Source of the DNA: Candidatus Latescibacterota bacterium
GTDB lineage: Bacteria; Latescibacterota; UBA2968; UBA8231
NCBI GenBank assembly: GCA_965206595.1
Contig: OZ242214.1
Span: 3,040,001 to 3,104,000, forward strand
Reading direction: 5' to 3'
DNA length: 64,000 nt
Shown here: positions 46,999-56,744 of the stretch, piece by piece
Numbering within the stretch: position 1 is the first letter of the stretch
Layout of the letters: each line of letters opens with the position of its first letter
Notes under the pieces: generated by a model
What the model saw: only the letters and a program-made list of their open reading frames with translations
The model's database searches: none
What the model was told of the DNA's origin: nothing
Program-made: the position numbers and the translations under genes

Positions 46999-49146
46999 TT
47001 ATCCGGCCGACACGCCCTTCAGCATCTCCAGGATGTCCTTCTCGATAACCTGAATGTCCGCCTCGATCTCCGCGAGCGGCCGTGGCGGCTTGTACTGATA
47101 GAAGTAGCGGTTGAAGTTGATCTCGTAGCCGACCATGCCAACCAGGCCGTCTCTTGGGTCCCGCTTCGACGTGTCGATCCAGGCATCCGGCACATGCGGC
47201 TCGACCTCGCGCTCGAAGAAAGCGCGGACGCTTTCCGGCACCCCATCCTCTCCGGCGGGATCCTCTCCATCGGTCAGGGGCACACGCTCGGTATCACGCA
47301 GCTCCGGGTCGGGTTCAAGAGCGCCGTCCTTGCCGCGGCAGATTGCCGCGGTTTCGTCCCGCTCTGAAAGGGCATCGAGTATCGCTGTTTTGAGCGGAGC
47401 CGGAAGCTTCATGCCGGCTTTCGCGGCCGCTTTGGCAAGCTCCGCATGGAACGCCTCTCGGTCCTTGCGGAGGGTGTCGGGCAGGGTCTGGAGCATGGCC
47501 AGAACGGCGTCCTGCAGGGCGCGGCCTTCCTCCTCTTCCCTGGCGCCGGCCTCCCCGCGCTTCTTGGATCTGGCCAGGTTCTGGAAGCCCTTCTGCTCGC
47601 CGAGGCGGGCGATCCGTTCGGCGCTCGCCTGGAAATTGAGCCGCAGCGGCCGTTCGACGGTGATCTTCCGGTACCCGAACTGCGCCGCCGAGAAGACGCG
47701 GCTGACGACGGTCTCTTCCTCTTCTCCGTCCTTTGAGAGTTTCCGGGTCTCGCCGTCTCGGAAACCGGCGAGGAGGTCGAGCACATCGGCCGCGTTTTCC
47801 GGGGGTATCTGGCGCCGCTTGTCGCCGAGGCTCCGGCGCATCGGCGCCCAGAACCCGGTGGCGTCGATGAGTTGCACCTTACCCCTGCGTGCCGCGGCCT
47901 TGCGGTTGCTCAGCAGCCACACGTAGGTGGCGATGCCGGTGTTGTAGAAAAGTTGCTCCGGCAGCGCGATCAGCGCCTCCAGCAGGTCGTTCTCGAGGAT
48001 GTGGCGGCGGATCTCGCTCTCACCGCTGCCGGCGTCGCCGGTGAACAGGGGCGAGCCGTTCATGATGATGGCGATGCGGGCGCCCCCGTCGTCCGCTGCC
48101 CTGGCATGGGCGAGCATGTGCACCAGGAACAGGGTCTGGCCGTCGCTTATGCGCGGCAGCCCGGGGCCGAAACGGCCGGACGCCCCCCGCTCGTGCTCGG
48201 CCTCGACCGCAGCCTTGTCCCGCTTCCAGTCCTTGCCGTAGGGGGGATTGGCGATCAGGTAGTCGAAGGTCCGGCCGGCGTGGCGGTCGTTGGAGAGGGT
48301 GCTTCCGAAAGCCACTTTCTCCGCGTCGCGGCCCGACGGGTCCTTCATGAAGATGTCGGACTTGGAGACCGCCCAGGTCTCCGGGTTCACTTCCTGGCCG
48401 AAGAGATGGATCTCCGCCTGCGCGTTGATGGCGGGGCGAACCAGTTGGCCGTTGCTGCTCATGCCGCCGGTGATGTGCTCCTTGGCGATCATCAGCATGC
48501 CGCCCGAACCGCAGCAGGGATCGTAGACCGAGCGCACCACTCCGGGGCCGGCGATCTCCTTTTCGTCGCCGGAAAGCATGAGGTCCACCATCAGATGGAC
48601 GACGTCGCGGGGCGTGAAGTGCTCGCCGGGGTTTTCGTCCAGGGCCTCGTTGAAGCGGCGGATCAGCTCCTCGAAGATCGTCCCCATGACCGGGTTGTCG
48701 ATCGCGTCCGGATGCAGATCGACGCTCCCGAACCGCTCCAGCACCTGGAACAGCAGCCCTGCCTCGTCGAGCTTGCTTATCGTGTTGTCGAAATCGAACC
48801 GCTCCAGCACCTCGCGCATGTTTCCGCTGAAACCGGCGATGTAGTTCCTGAGGTTGGCGGCGAGGTTCGGCGCGTCGGCGAGGAGCTTGTCGAAGTCGTA
48901 GCGGGAGGTGTTGTAGAAACTGAAGCCGGATGTTCCACAGAGCTGGTCGTTGAGGTCTTCGAGGCCCCGCTCGGACAGCTCGGCCTGCCGTTGCAGCACC
49001 TTCTCCTTGGTCGGTGCGAGCACGCAGTCGAGACGGCGCAGCACGGTCAGCGGCAGGATGACATCCTGGTACTTGCCGCGCTTGAAGCTGTCGCGGATCA
49101 GGTCCGCGACCCCCCAGAGAAAGCTGACGATTTCGCTGTGGTTCAT
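46999..49146 (-). CDS. hsdM: Type I R-M methyltransferase HsdM
   Basis: VILPLTVLRRLD, GEHFTPR, YDPCCGSGGML, GQE, NPPY, FYNTGI, GYEINFNRYFY. Confidence 0.95.
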   Translation of the reverse strand: MNHSEIVSFLWGVADLIRDSFKRGKYQDVILPLTVLRRLDCVLAPTKEKVLQRQAELSERGLEDLNDQLCGTSGFSFYNTSRYDFDKLLADAPNLAANLRNYIAGFSGNMREVLERFDFDNTISKLDEAGLLFQVLERFGSVDLHPDAIDNPVMGTIFEELIRRFNEALDENPGEHFTPRDVVHLMVDLMLSGDEKEIAGPGVVRSVYDPCCGSGGMLMIAKEHITGGMSSNGQLVRPAINAQAEIHLFGQEVNPETWAVSKSDIFMKDPSGRDAEKVAFGSTLSNDRHAGRTFDYLIANPPYGKDWKRDKAAVEAEHERGASGRFGPGLPRISDGQTLFLVHMLAHARAADDGGARIAIIMNGSPLFTGDAGSGESEIRRHILENDLLEALIALPEQLFYNTGIATYVWLLSNRKAAARRGKVQLIDATGFWAPMRRSLGDKRRQIPPENAADVLDLLAGFRDGETRKLSKDGEEEETVVSRVFSAAQFGYRKITVERPLRLNFQASAERIARLGEQKGFQNLARSKKRGEAGAREEEEGRALQDAVLAMLQTLPDTLRKDREAFHAELAKAAAKAGMKLPAPLKTAILDALSERDETAAICRGKDGALEPDPELRDTERVPLTDGEDPAGEDGVPESVRAFFEREVEPHVPDAWIDTSKRDPRDGLVGMVGYEINFNRYFYQYKPPRPLAEIEADIQVIEKDILEMLKGVSAG

Positions 49147-49191
49147 AGGAACCTTCCAAGTACCGGAAATTACCAATTAGGTCAGAGTTAT

Positions 49192-50223
49192 CTATTCAAA
49201 AACCAATCCTTTTGTCCCAGCGATTGAGTCAATCGCATCCGCCATTTCTTCTGATATCGAAAAGGCAGTTTGCCTAAAGCGATGACCGGAATTACATCTT
49301 CCATTGATCTCCCATGCCTTTGGGGCTGTTTGGTCCCACAGGGTTTCGTCCGGCAGGGCCCATCGAAATTTTAATGGAACATAATATTCCTCATCCTTGT
49401 CATCACCATAATCAGTTGTCCCATATTCGGAGAGAGCAATTCCACTAGCAATAACTCCCACTCCCGTGTGATACAGATATACTCGATCATCTTTGGAAAT
49501 TGAGCCCACAGAATTTTTCCTGACATAATAGGCAGAAGCTTTACCATCCGTGCCGTCCTTCAACATATCTTTCCAAGCGTCGGGCATGTAGGTTTTGTTA
49601 GTATTTACTACATAAAAATTTGTTTTTTGCTCGAAAATCACTTCATTTTTAGGATTGTAGGTATCAAACTGGATATAGGGAATTCCATCTATATCGTAAA
49701 TACGATAAGGAGAACATTGAACCTTGACTCCCTTATCGGACCAGAATTGGATTGCGGAAATAGTATCTCCATCGACGCCATTCGTGACTAAGACAAATTT
49801 CTGGTCTTTATTGAATTCAGATTCATCCAATTCTTTAGGAAGACTGAAATAGTCACAGTGCTCTTTTTTCAAAGGACCCTTCAGTTTTTGCCGCTGGGCA
49901 TAAGCCTCAAGCTCCTTATATGTATATCTTCCAAAAATTTGACCATATCTCATCACCTGAAGGATATTTTCGTGACTAGATTCCCATCTTTTCAATTCAA
50001 AAATGTAAAGTAATCCATCTTTATCGAGCGCGAGAAGATCGGGTTCCTCTTGCCCCTGTCGTTCCTGGCCAATTAGCATGAGTTGATCTTCGGAGACAAC
50101 TTCCTCAAGGCGGGATTTCAGGAAATCTTCGATGTGTTTCTCTTTCAGATGGAGATCCGCAGGCGTTCTGATCTCGATCCTTTCACTCGATTCGATTTTT
50201 TCAGCATTAATTCTATAAAGCAT
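49192..50223 (-). CDS. AT-rich PD-(D/E)xK (NucS/Mrr-like) nuclease with putative C-terminal EVE/PUA-like domain
   Basis: E...IGQE...PDLLALD...FELKR...QVMRY; C-terminal FYVVNTN...W...DDRVYLYHTGVGVIASG. Confidence 0.7.
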   Translation of the reverse strand: MLYRINAEKIESSERIEIRTPADLHLKEKHIEDFLKSRLEEVVSEDQLMLIGQERQGQEEPDLLALDKDGLLYIFELKRWESSHENILQVMRYGQIFGRYTYKELEAYAQRQKLKGPLKKEHCDYFSLPKELDESEFNKDQKFVLVTNGVDGDTISAIQFWSDKGVKVQCSPYRIYDIDGIPYIQFDTYNPKNEVIFEQKTNFYVVNTNKTYMPDAWKDMLKDGTDGKASAYYVRKNSVGSISKDDRVYLYHTGVGVIASGIALSEYGTTDYGDDKDEEYYVPLKFRWALPDETLWDQTAPKAWEINGRCNSGHRFRQTAFSISEEMADAIDSIAGTKGLVFE

Positions 50224-50249
50224 TTTTTTCTCCTAATTCGGAAAGTGCA

Positions 50250-51317
50250 TCAACTATGGTTATTTCCGAGCCGTACCTCGCGCCCGGTTCGCGCCGACTC
50301 GTACACGGAGTCCTGGATCAGCTGCAGGTTGCGGATCTCGCGCGGGGTCTGCGACGGTTCGATCCCCTCGCGGATGGCGGTGACGAACCGGGAGATCTCC
50401 CGGCCCACGCTGTCTCCCCAGGAATGGTACTGTCCCGGTTCTGCGTAGTCGGTGGGAGTGCGGTCGACGATCTCCCCGACCTCGTCCATCAGGACCGACA
50501 GCGGGTTGAAGCGGACGGTGCCGCGCTCGCAGATCATCTCGAAGCTGTAGTCGGCGTCGAGCCGGTCGTGGGCCCAGGTGCCTTCGAGAACGAAGGTGGC
50601 GCCGGTGTCGAGGCGGATGTGGGCGGCGGCGATGTCCTCTACGTCGTATTTGTCGCGGGCCTCCGCGTCCGGCGCGGTCTCTGCCCGCTTGTGCGGGAAC
50701 AGCCGGTGGGTCGAACCGGACACCGAGACCAGGCCGGGGCTTCCGGCGACCCACAGGGCCACGTCGGCGATGTGGATCGCGGTCGAGGCCAGGGCTCCGC
50801 CTCCGGCGATCTCGCTGATGTAATGCGGGCCCCACCAGGGAATGGAGGGGTAGTAGGTCCAGGCGCGGATGTAGGTGGGCTTTCCGAGCTTCCCCGACGC
50901 CACCAGCTCCCTGAGCATGCCGGATTCCAGCATGTGCCGCATGTTGGTGCCGACCTGGATCATGCGCCCGCCTTGTTCCGCGGCCGCCAGCATCCGGTCC
51001 GCTTCGGCGACGTTCATCGCGAACGGCTTCTCGCACAGCACATGCGCCCCGGCCTCCAGCGCCGCGACCGCGATCTCGCAGTGCGTCTGCGGCATGGTGA
51101 TGACGCTGACGAGGTCGAGGTCACCCGGCTCGAGCAGCTCGCGGAAATCTCCGGCGGTGCGCGCCCCCGGAAAGCGCTGCGCCGCGGCGGCGAGCGCCTC
51201 TTCCCTGATGTCGCACAGCGCCGCGACCTCGACGGTCTCAGGCATGCGGCCGTAGGCGTTGAAATGGGACTGCCCCATTTTGCCGCAGCCGATCACTCCC
51301 ACCCGCAGCTTCTCCAT
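50250..51317 (-). CDS. Gfo/Idh/MocA oxidoreductase
   Basis: VGVIGCG, HVLCEKP, GGGAL...H..D, DVED. Confidence 0.92.
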   Translation of the reverse strand: MEKLRVGVIGCGKMGQSHFNAYGRMPETVEVAALCDIREEALAAAAQRFPGARTAGDFRELLEPGDLDLVSVITMPQTHCEIAVAALEAGAHVLCEKPFAMNVAEADRMLAAAEQGGRMIQVGTNMRHMLESGMLRELVASGKLGKPTYIRAWTYYPSIPWWGPHYISEIAGGGALASTAIHIADVALWVAGSPGLVSVSGSTHRLFPHKRAETAPDAEARDKYDVEDIAAAHIRLDTGATFVLEGTWAHDRLDADYSFEMICERGTVRFNPLSVLMDEVGEIVDRTPTDYAEPGQYHSWGDSVGREISRFVTAIREGIEPSQTPREIRNLQLIQDSVYESARTGREVRLGNNHS

Positions 51318-51336
51318 CCCGGCTCCTTTCTCTCCG

Positions 51337-51813
51337 TTACGCCTTCTTCTTCGCGGCGGCCTTCTTCTTTGCCTTCGCCTTTTTTGCTTTCGCCTTCGGC
51401 TTCTTCGCTGCCGGCTTGGCAGCCGACTGCAGGAACTTCACCACCTCTGCGGCCTCCTTGCCCCCCTTCCGGGCATGGGTCATCAGCGCGATCCCGTGCG
51501 GTCCCTTCTCGTTGACGACCGCGGGGTTGTCGGCCACCACCGCCTGCACGATATCGAGCTTGCCCAGCATGGCCGCGGCGAACAGATCGATGCGCGCCCC
51601 GTTTTCCAGCAGGAACTCGGCGATGTCCCGGCGGCCCATGTGCGCCGCGGCTCCCAGTCCGGTCTCCCAGTCGCCGCTTCCCCAGTCCCAGGAGGAATTG
51701 ACGAGGGCCGGTTCCTGCAAGAGCAGGTTCTTTACGCTGTCGAAGTCGCCGTGGGCGTCGTTGACGAACTGGTTCACCAGCTCCGGGGAGATGGCGGCTT
51801 TCTTCGGGGACAT
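51337..51813 (-). CDS. Ankyrin-repeat protein with Lys/Ala-rich tail
   Basis: DWETGLGAAAHMG...LLENGA, FAAAMLG, GPHG; tail AAKPAAKKPKAKAKKAKAKKKAAAKKKA. Confidence 0.8.
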   Translation of the reverse strand: MSPKKAAISPELVNQFVNDAHGDFDSVKNLLLQEPALVNSSWDWGSGDWETGLGAAAHMGRRDIAEFLLENGARIDLFAAAMLGKLDIVQAVVADNPAVVNEKGPHGIALMTHARKGGKEAAEVVKFLQSAAKPAAKKPKAKAKKAKAKKKAAAKKKA

Positions 51814-51933
51814 GGTCTTCTTCCTTTGGCGGGGTTGGCGGCCTTTTGACTCGCAGCGGCCGTTTCGGGCCGCCGAATCGTTCGGGACGGGTCCTGGGTC
51901 CTGCCGGCCTTGCAGGTGGATCCTTCGGCCGTA

Positions 51934-52560
51934 TCAGCCGGAGGGGGGTGAGGCCGCTTCGAAGCTGGCCTCCACGTCGGTTCGATACGCTTCGAGGGGG
52001 GGCGTTTCCAGGCTCTCCACCTTCGACAGGTCGTCCCAGCGGCGCAGCCGCACCGCGGTGTCGAGGTGGGGATGACGGGCGAATTCCCGCCGCTCCTCGT
52101 CCGACATCGGCCCCCCCTGCAGCTCGAGGCTCTTCTTGGAGCCGGCGGACAGGCCGTCCCGGTACTCCGGCTCGACCGCGCACAGGTACCTCTTTGCCGG
52201 CACGTGCAGGCGGATCGGCCCGACGATGGAACCGGGAAGGATGGCCTCCATGTAGTCGGCCCCGATGACCTCGTGCTCGAGGTCATCGTGCTGGAAGTCC
52301 GCGGTCTCGTCGTGCTCGTCGAGCAGGAAATGCCCGATGTCGTGGAGCAGGCCCGCGGTCACCACCTGCGCTGCGGAGCCTTCGGCGCGGGCCAGGCGGG
52401 CGCACTGCAGGGCGTGCTCGAGCTGGGTGACGCTGCGGTCGTAGTAGATGCCTCCCTTTCTCTCCATGTAGGCGAAGAGCAGGTCGGTTTTCCGCGCTGC
52501 CGAGGGGCTTGCCTGCAGATCGGCGCGAAGGGATTGATCGATGCGTCCGGGGTTGTTCAC
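51934..52560 (-). CDS. HD-domain diiron oxygenase, PhnZ/TmpB-like
   Basis: VTQLEHALQCA, LLHDIGH, HE, LHVPAKRYL, SLELQGG, LRRWDDLSK; GTGA overlap with the upstream gene. Confidence 0.85.
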   Translation of the reverse strand: MNNPGRIDQSLRADLQASPSAARKTDLLFAYMERKGGIYYDRSVTQLEHALQCARLARAEGSAAQVVTAGLLHDIGHFLLDEHDETADFQHDDLEHEVIGADYMEAILPGSIVGPIRLHVPAKRYLCAVEPEYRDGLSAGSKKSLELQGGPMSDEERREFARHPHLDTAVRLRRWDDLSKVESLETPPLEAYRTDVEASFEAASPPSG

Positions 52561-53360
52561 AGTACCGTCCTTCCTCGAAAGTGCCTGATCTTGCTGATCA
52601 TCCCGGCTTCCCCGGGATTCTCCTTCATCTTCTTCATGGCCGCGAGCTTGTCCTGGTAGTAGCGCTCGCGCAGGTCCCCCGCCGACTGGGCGTTGTAGGT
52701 GACGTAGAGCAGCCGCCGGGGCCGGTCGGTGTTGTTCGGGGGGCTGTGGTGGGGCGCGTACGAACCGAAGAACAGGATGTCCCCCGGAGCGGTCGGGACC
52801 GGCACCCATTCCATCTGCGCCGCGGCCGCCTCCTCTATGCAGCCGTGCTCGTCGAGGGCGACGAAGCCGCGGCGATGCAGGCCCGGGCTGAAGAACAGGC
52901 AGCCGTTCTCGGGAGTGGCCGGATCGACCGATATCAGGCAGGTGACGTGGTAGTCGACGAACTCGTAGGCCGGGGCGTCCTGGTGGGCGGCGTACCCGCC
53001 GCCGCCGGGGTACTTGTAGTTGATCTTCTCCTTGTAGAGGACGGCCGCTTCCCCCATCAGCTCGGAGACCGCGTCGACGACCTTGCCGCGGGTCAGCAGG
53101 GCGTGGAGATCCTTTTGGAACGGCGCGAAGTTCTCCGACCTCGACAGGCGCACTCCCGAATCGGTCCGCTCGAAGTGATGCAGCCATTCGCCGCGGTCCG
53201 GCGGCCATTCCGATACCTCCGCGACCGCCCTGCGCAGCATGGCGACCTCTCCCGCCTCGAAGAAGCCCCTGACGCGGAGAAACCCGTTCTCCTCCCAGCT
53301 GCTTTTCAGCGAGGAACTGATGGCGGTGGCCGTTCCCTGCGGACCGTCGGATCTGGACAT
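52557..53360 (-). CDS. PhyH-family dioxygenase, PhnY-like
   Basis: KEKINYKYPGGGGYAAHQD, ENGCL, PHHSPPN, RRLLYVTYN; coupled to the HD-domain gene. Confidence 0.82.
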   Translation of the reverse strand: MSRSDGPQGTATAISSSLKSSWEENGFLRVRGFFEAGEVAMLRRAVAEVSEWPPDRGEWLHHFERTDSGVRLSRSENFAPFQKDLHALLTRGKVVDAVSELMGEAAVLYKEKINYKYPGGGGYAAHQDAPAYEFVDYHVTCLISVDPATPENGCLFFSPGLHRRGFVALDEHGCIEEAAAAQMEWVPVPTAPGDILFFGSYAPHHSPPNNTDRPRRLLYVTYNAQSAGDLRERYYQDKLAAMKKMKENPGEAGMISKIRHFRGRTVL

Positions 53361-53546
53361 ATTTGGTAAAATATGCTTTGGCTGTTGTCGCTCTCCCGGA
53401 AGGTGGTGAAGCTCGCTTTACGGGAAAGTCCCGGCAAGCGGCGCCGGGTTTTCTGAAAATTTACGGCTGAAATCCAGACGTAGGGGCCCCCGGCTCGCAA
53501 GGCCCCGACTGCGGCGCCGGCCTTGGGAAGTACCCGATAAACCCTC

Positions 53547-54842
53547 GTGCAGACACTCATCCAGCGAATCGGTCCCCTGCTGTTCATCGCCGCCTCTGCG
53601 GCCGGCTTCTGGTACGCAGGCGCCCGCTCTCTCGAGCCCGGAGGCGACCGCGTCGAGGTCTCCTGGCTGATTCCGGTGAACGACATGAAGAACAGCTACG
53701 AGGAGCTCGCCGCCAGCTTCCGCGACCGCCATCCCGACATCGACCTGCGCATGATCTGGGTGCCCGGCCACCAGTACCAGACCAAGTTCAAGACTCTCGC
53801 CGCGGCAGGCGACGCCCCGGACGTCTTCTACACCGGCGACGTCTGGGTGGCGTACATGCTCCCCTTCCTGCGCGACATGACCTGGTACTTCGAGCGCGAC
53901 CGCGAGGAGATCGATCTCGACGACTTCTTCCCCGAGGTCATCTCGGCGATGCAGCACAAGGGCAAGTTCTACTTCCTCGCCGTGCACATCAACGTGTCGA
54001 TGCTCTACTACAATCGGCAGCTGTTCGACGAGGCCGGCGTTTCCTACCCGACTCCCGACTGGACCTGGGACGACTTCTTCCGCGCCGGCGAAACCATATC
54101 GCGGGTGCGGGACGACGGCACCCGGATCTGGGGGTCCGACATCAGCACCTCCTGGTGGGGGGAGTGGCTGATCTACGTTCGCCAGGCCGGCGGCAGCATG
54201 TTCAACGAGGACCTGACCCGCTGCCTCCTCGACTCCCCCGAGGCGATCCGGGGGGTGCAGTTCTACCACGACAAGGTGACCAGCGGCATCTCCCCGCGGC
54301 CCGGGTACGGCCCGGTAACCCGCTTCGCGAGCGGCCGCATGGGGCTGGTGTACGGCGGCCACACCACCTTCTGGCGCATCTACAACCGCGTCGAGGACCT
54401 CGACTGGGACGTCGCCCTGCTGCCCAAGGGGCCGGTGCGCCGGGACGGCGGGGAGATCGCGGTCGGCGCCTTTGCCGTCACCAAAACCAGCCCGCACCCG
54501 GAAGCGGCCTGGGAGCTGGTAAAGGTCCTGGGGTCGAAGGAAGGGGTCACCGCCGAGGTCCGGGCCGGCGGCCTGCCCTCGCGCCGCTCGGTTGCCCGGG
54601 AGCTGATGTTCGGCCCCGACCGCCTCAACGACAGGCCGCCCAGCGTCGAATGGGCCTTCGAACAGATCAAGTCCTCGATGACCATCCCCCGTTCCCCCGA
54701 CTACATCGAGATCGCCATCGAGGTCATCCAGCCGGAAATCGACCGCATGCTGCAGGGCGAGCTGACCCCGGAACAGGCCTGCCGCCGCGCCGCCGAGGCG
54801 GCCAACCGCTTCATCGAGACCCTCGGGCGGCGCGACAGATGA
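53547..54842 (+). CDS. Carbohydrate ABC transporter substrate-binding protein
   Basis: N-terminal hydrophobic segment; APDVF, LYYNRQLFDEAG...WTWDDF, DWDVALLP, EAAWE. Confidence 0.9.
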   Translation: MQTLIQRIGPLLFIAASAAGFWYAGARSLEPGGDRVEVSWLIPVNDMKNSYEELAASFRDRHPDIDLRMIWVPGHQYQTKFKTLAAAGDAPDVFYTGDVWVAYMLPFLRDMTWYFERDREEIDLDDFFPEVISAMQHKGKFYFLAVHINVSMLYYNRQLFDEAGVSYPTPDWTWDDFFRAGETISRVRDDGTRIWGSDISTSWWGEWLIYVRQAGGSMFNEDLTRCLLDSPEAIRGVQFYHDKVTSGISPRPGYGPVTRFASGRMGLVYGGHTTFWRIYNRVEDLDWDVALLPKGPVRRDGGEIAVGAFAVTKTSPHPEAAWELVKVLGSKEGVTAEVRAGGLPSRRSVARELMFGPDRLNDRPPSVEWAFEQIKSSMTIPRSPDYIEIAIEVIQPEIDRMLQGELTPEQACRRAAEAANRFIETLGRRDR

Positions 54843-54852
54843 GGAGCTCCCT

Positions 54853-55746
54853 TTGAGACACTACCGCGCCACATTCTGGTTCTACCTGATGGCGGGGCCG
54901 GCGATCGCCGGGTTCCTGGCTTTCGCCCTGATCCCGATGCTCTACTCCCTCTATCTCAGCTTCACGCGCTACACCGTGGTCAATCCGCCCGAGTGGATCG
55001 GCATCGATCACTACGTCTACCTGTTCAGCCACGACCCCTCGTTCTGGCCGTCGGTTCAGGTGACCCTGCTGTTCGCCGCCTTCCAGGTGCCCCTGGCGCT
55101 GATCACCTCCCTGTCGTTCGCCCTGCTGCTCAACTGCCCGATGCGCTTTCGCGGCCTCTTCCGGACGATCTACTACGTCCCCTCGATCCTTCCGTCTGCC
55201 GCCTCCGCGGCGATCTTCGTCTTCATCTTCAATCCCGAGTACGGCATGATGAACGCCCTGCTCGCCCGGGCGGGGATCGAGGGACCTGCCTGGCTCGACG
55301 ATTCGGCCTGGGCCCTGCCGACGCTCATCCTGATCAGCCTGTGGGGGTTCGGCAACGCCATGCTGATCTTCCTCGGCGGGCTGCAGGGGGTCGCCCGCTC
55401 GCTCTACGAGGCGGCCTCCATCGACGGGGCCGGGGCCTGGCGCCGCTTCTTTCACGTCACCCTGCCGCAGATCTCCCCCGTCTTCTTCTTCAACCTGGTG
55501 ATGGGCGTCATCGGGGCCCTGCGCGTCTTCGACCTCGCCTACGCCTTCGGAGCCGCCCAGGGGAAGATCCCGGGGGGGCCGGCGCAGTCGACGCTGTTCT
55601 ACGTTCTCAGCCTGTACCAGAAGGCCTTCAACTATTTCCACATGGGGCAGGCGAGCGCCATGGCCTGGATCCTGTTCGCCGTCACCGTCGGCCTGACCTG
55701 GCTCAACTTCCGCTTCGCCAGCAAGTGGGTGCACCATGAACAGTGA
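54853..55746 (+). CDS. Carbohydrate ABC transporter permease (MalF-like)
   Basis: FRTIYYVP, LYEAASIDGA...FFHVTLP EAA motif. Confidence 0.92.
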   Translation: MRHYRATFWFYLMAGPAIAGFLAFALIPMLYSLYLSFTRYTVVNPPEWIGIDHYVYLFSHDPSFWPSVQVTLLFAAFQVPLALITSLSFALLLNCPMRFRGLFRTIYYVPSILPSAASAAIFVFIFNPEYGMMNALLARAGIEGPAWLDDSAWALPTLILISLWGFGNAMLIFLGGLQGVARSLYEAASIDGAGAWRRFFHVTLPQISPVFFFNLVMGVIGALRVFDLAYAFGAAQGKIPGGPAQSTLFYVLSLYQKAFNYFHMGQASAMAWILFAVTVGLTWLNFRFASKWVHHEQ

Positions 55747-56611
55747 GGGCGGCGTGCGGTTGCGTCCCGGGCAGTTGCTGTTCTACGGCGCCCTCGTCGT
55801 CGGCGGTGCCCTGATGCTGTTCCCGCTGGCCTGGATGCTGATGACGAGCCTGAAGTCGTTCACCGAGGTCCAGCAGGAGCCGATGAAGTGGATCCCCGAG
55901 CGGTCGCAGTGGAGCAACTACCTCGTGGTGTTCCGGGAGTTCGAGTTCGGCAGGTTCCTGTGGAACTCGGTCTTTGTCACCGGGATGACGATTGCCGGGA
56001 CCCTGGTCTCCTGCTCGGCCGCGGCCTACGCCTTCGTGTTCATCCGCGTGCGCTTCAAGGGTCCGATTTTCGCCGCCCTGCTGGCGACGATGATGCTGCC
56101 GGGACAGGTGACGATCATCCCGCTGTTCAAGTTCTTCGCCCAGATCGGCTGGGTGAACACCTACTACCCCCTCATCGTGCCGCACTGGCTCGGGGCCAAC
56201 GTCTTCGGGATCTTCCTGCTGCGCCAGTTCTTCCTCACCATCCCCCACGGGTACATCGAGGCGGCGCGCATGGACGGCGCCTCCGAGCTGCGCATCCTCT
56301 GGCACGTCGTCGTCCCCTTGAGCACACCGGTCCTGCTGACAGTCACGGTATTCACCTTCCTCGCCAGCTGGAACGATCTCTTCGGCCCGCTCATCTACCT
56401 GCACGACGAGCGGCTCTACACGATGCCGGTCGGGCTTTTCTACTTCATCGCCAAGGCGGGGGTGATCCTCGGGGGGGCGGGCACCCAGGTGACGCCGTGG
56501 AACCTGGTGATGGCGCTGACCACGGTGATGATCGTGCCGGTCATCGTCGTCTTCTTCCTGGCGCAGAAGCGGTTCATCGAGGGGATCAGCGCTTCGGGGA
56601 TCAAGGGGTAG
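55736..56611 (+). CDS. Carbohydrate ABC transporter permease (MalG-like)
   Basis: IFLLRQFF, IEAARMDGA, SWND, AQKRFIEGI. Confidence 0.92.
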   Translation: MNSEGGVRLRPGQLLFYGALVVGGALMLFPLAWMLMTSLKSFTEVQQEPMKWIPERSQWSNYLVVFREFEFGRFLWNSVFVTGMTIAGTLVSCSAAAYAFVFIRVRFKGPIFAALLATMMLPGQVTIIPLFKFFAQIGWVNTYYPLIVPHWLGANVFGIFLLRQFFLTIPHGYIEAARMDGASELRILWHVVVPLSTPVLLTVTVFTFLASWNDLFGPLIYLHDERLYTMPVGLFYFIAKAGVILGGAGTQVTPWNLVMALTTVMIVPVIVVFFLAQKRFIEGISASGIKG

Positions 56612-56744
56612 GGGAAGAGCAGCAGGTGCCGGGAGCAAGCGCGGGGCGCGGGGATTTCCGCAATGCCGGGGCATGTGAGGCTTCAGGGCGGGGAGGACTC
56701 TCCGCTGATTGCCGTTCACCCTCCAGGCGCCGAGCCGTACATAC

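Noticed and set aside
51934-53208. 424-aa ORF suggesting a PhnY-PhnZ fusion
   Set aside because: The N-terminal half is an off-frame overlap of the PhyH gene; a clean GTGA coupling at 52557-52560 indicates two genes
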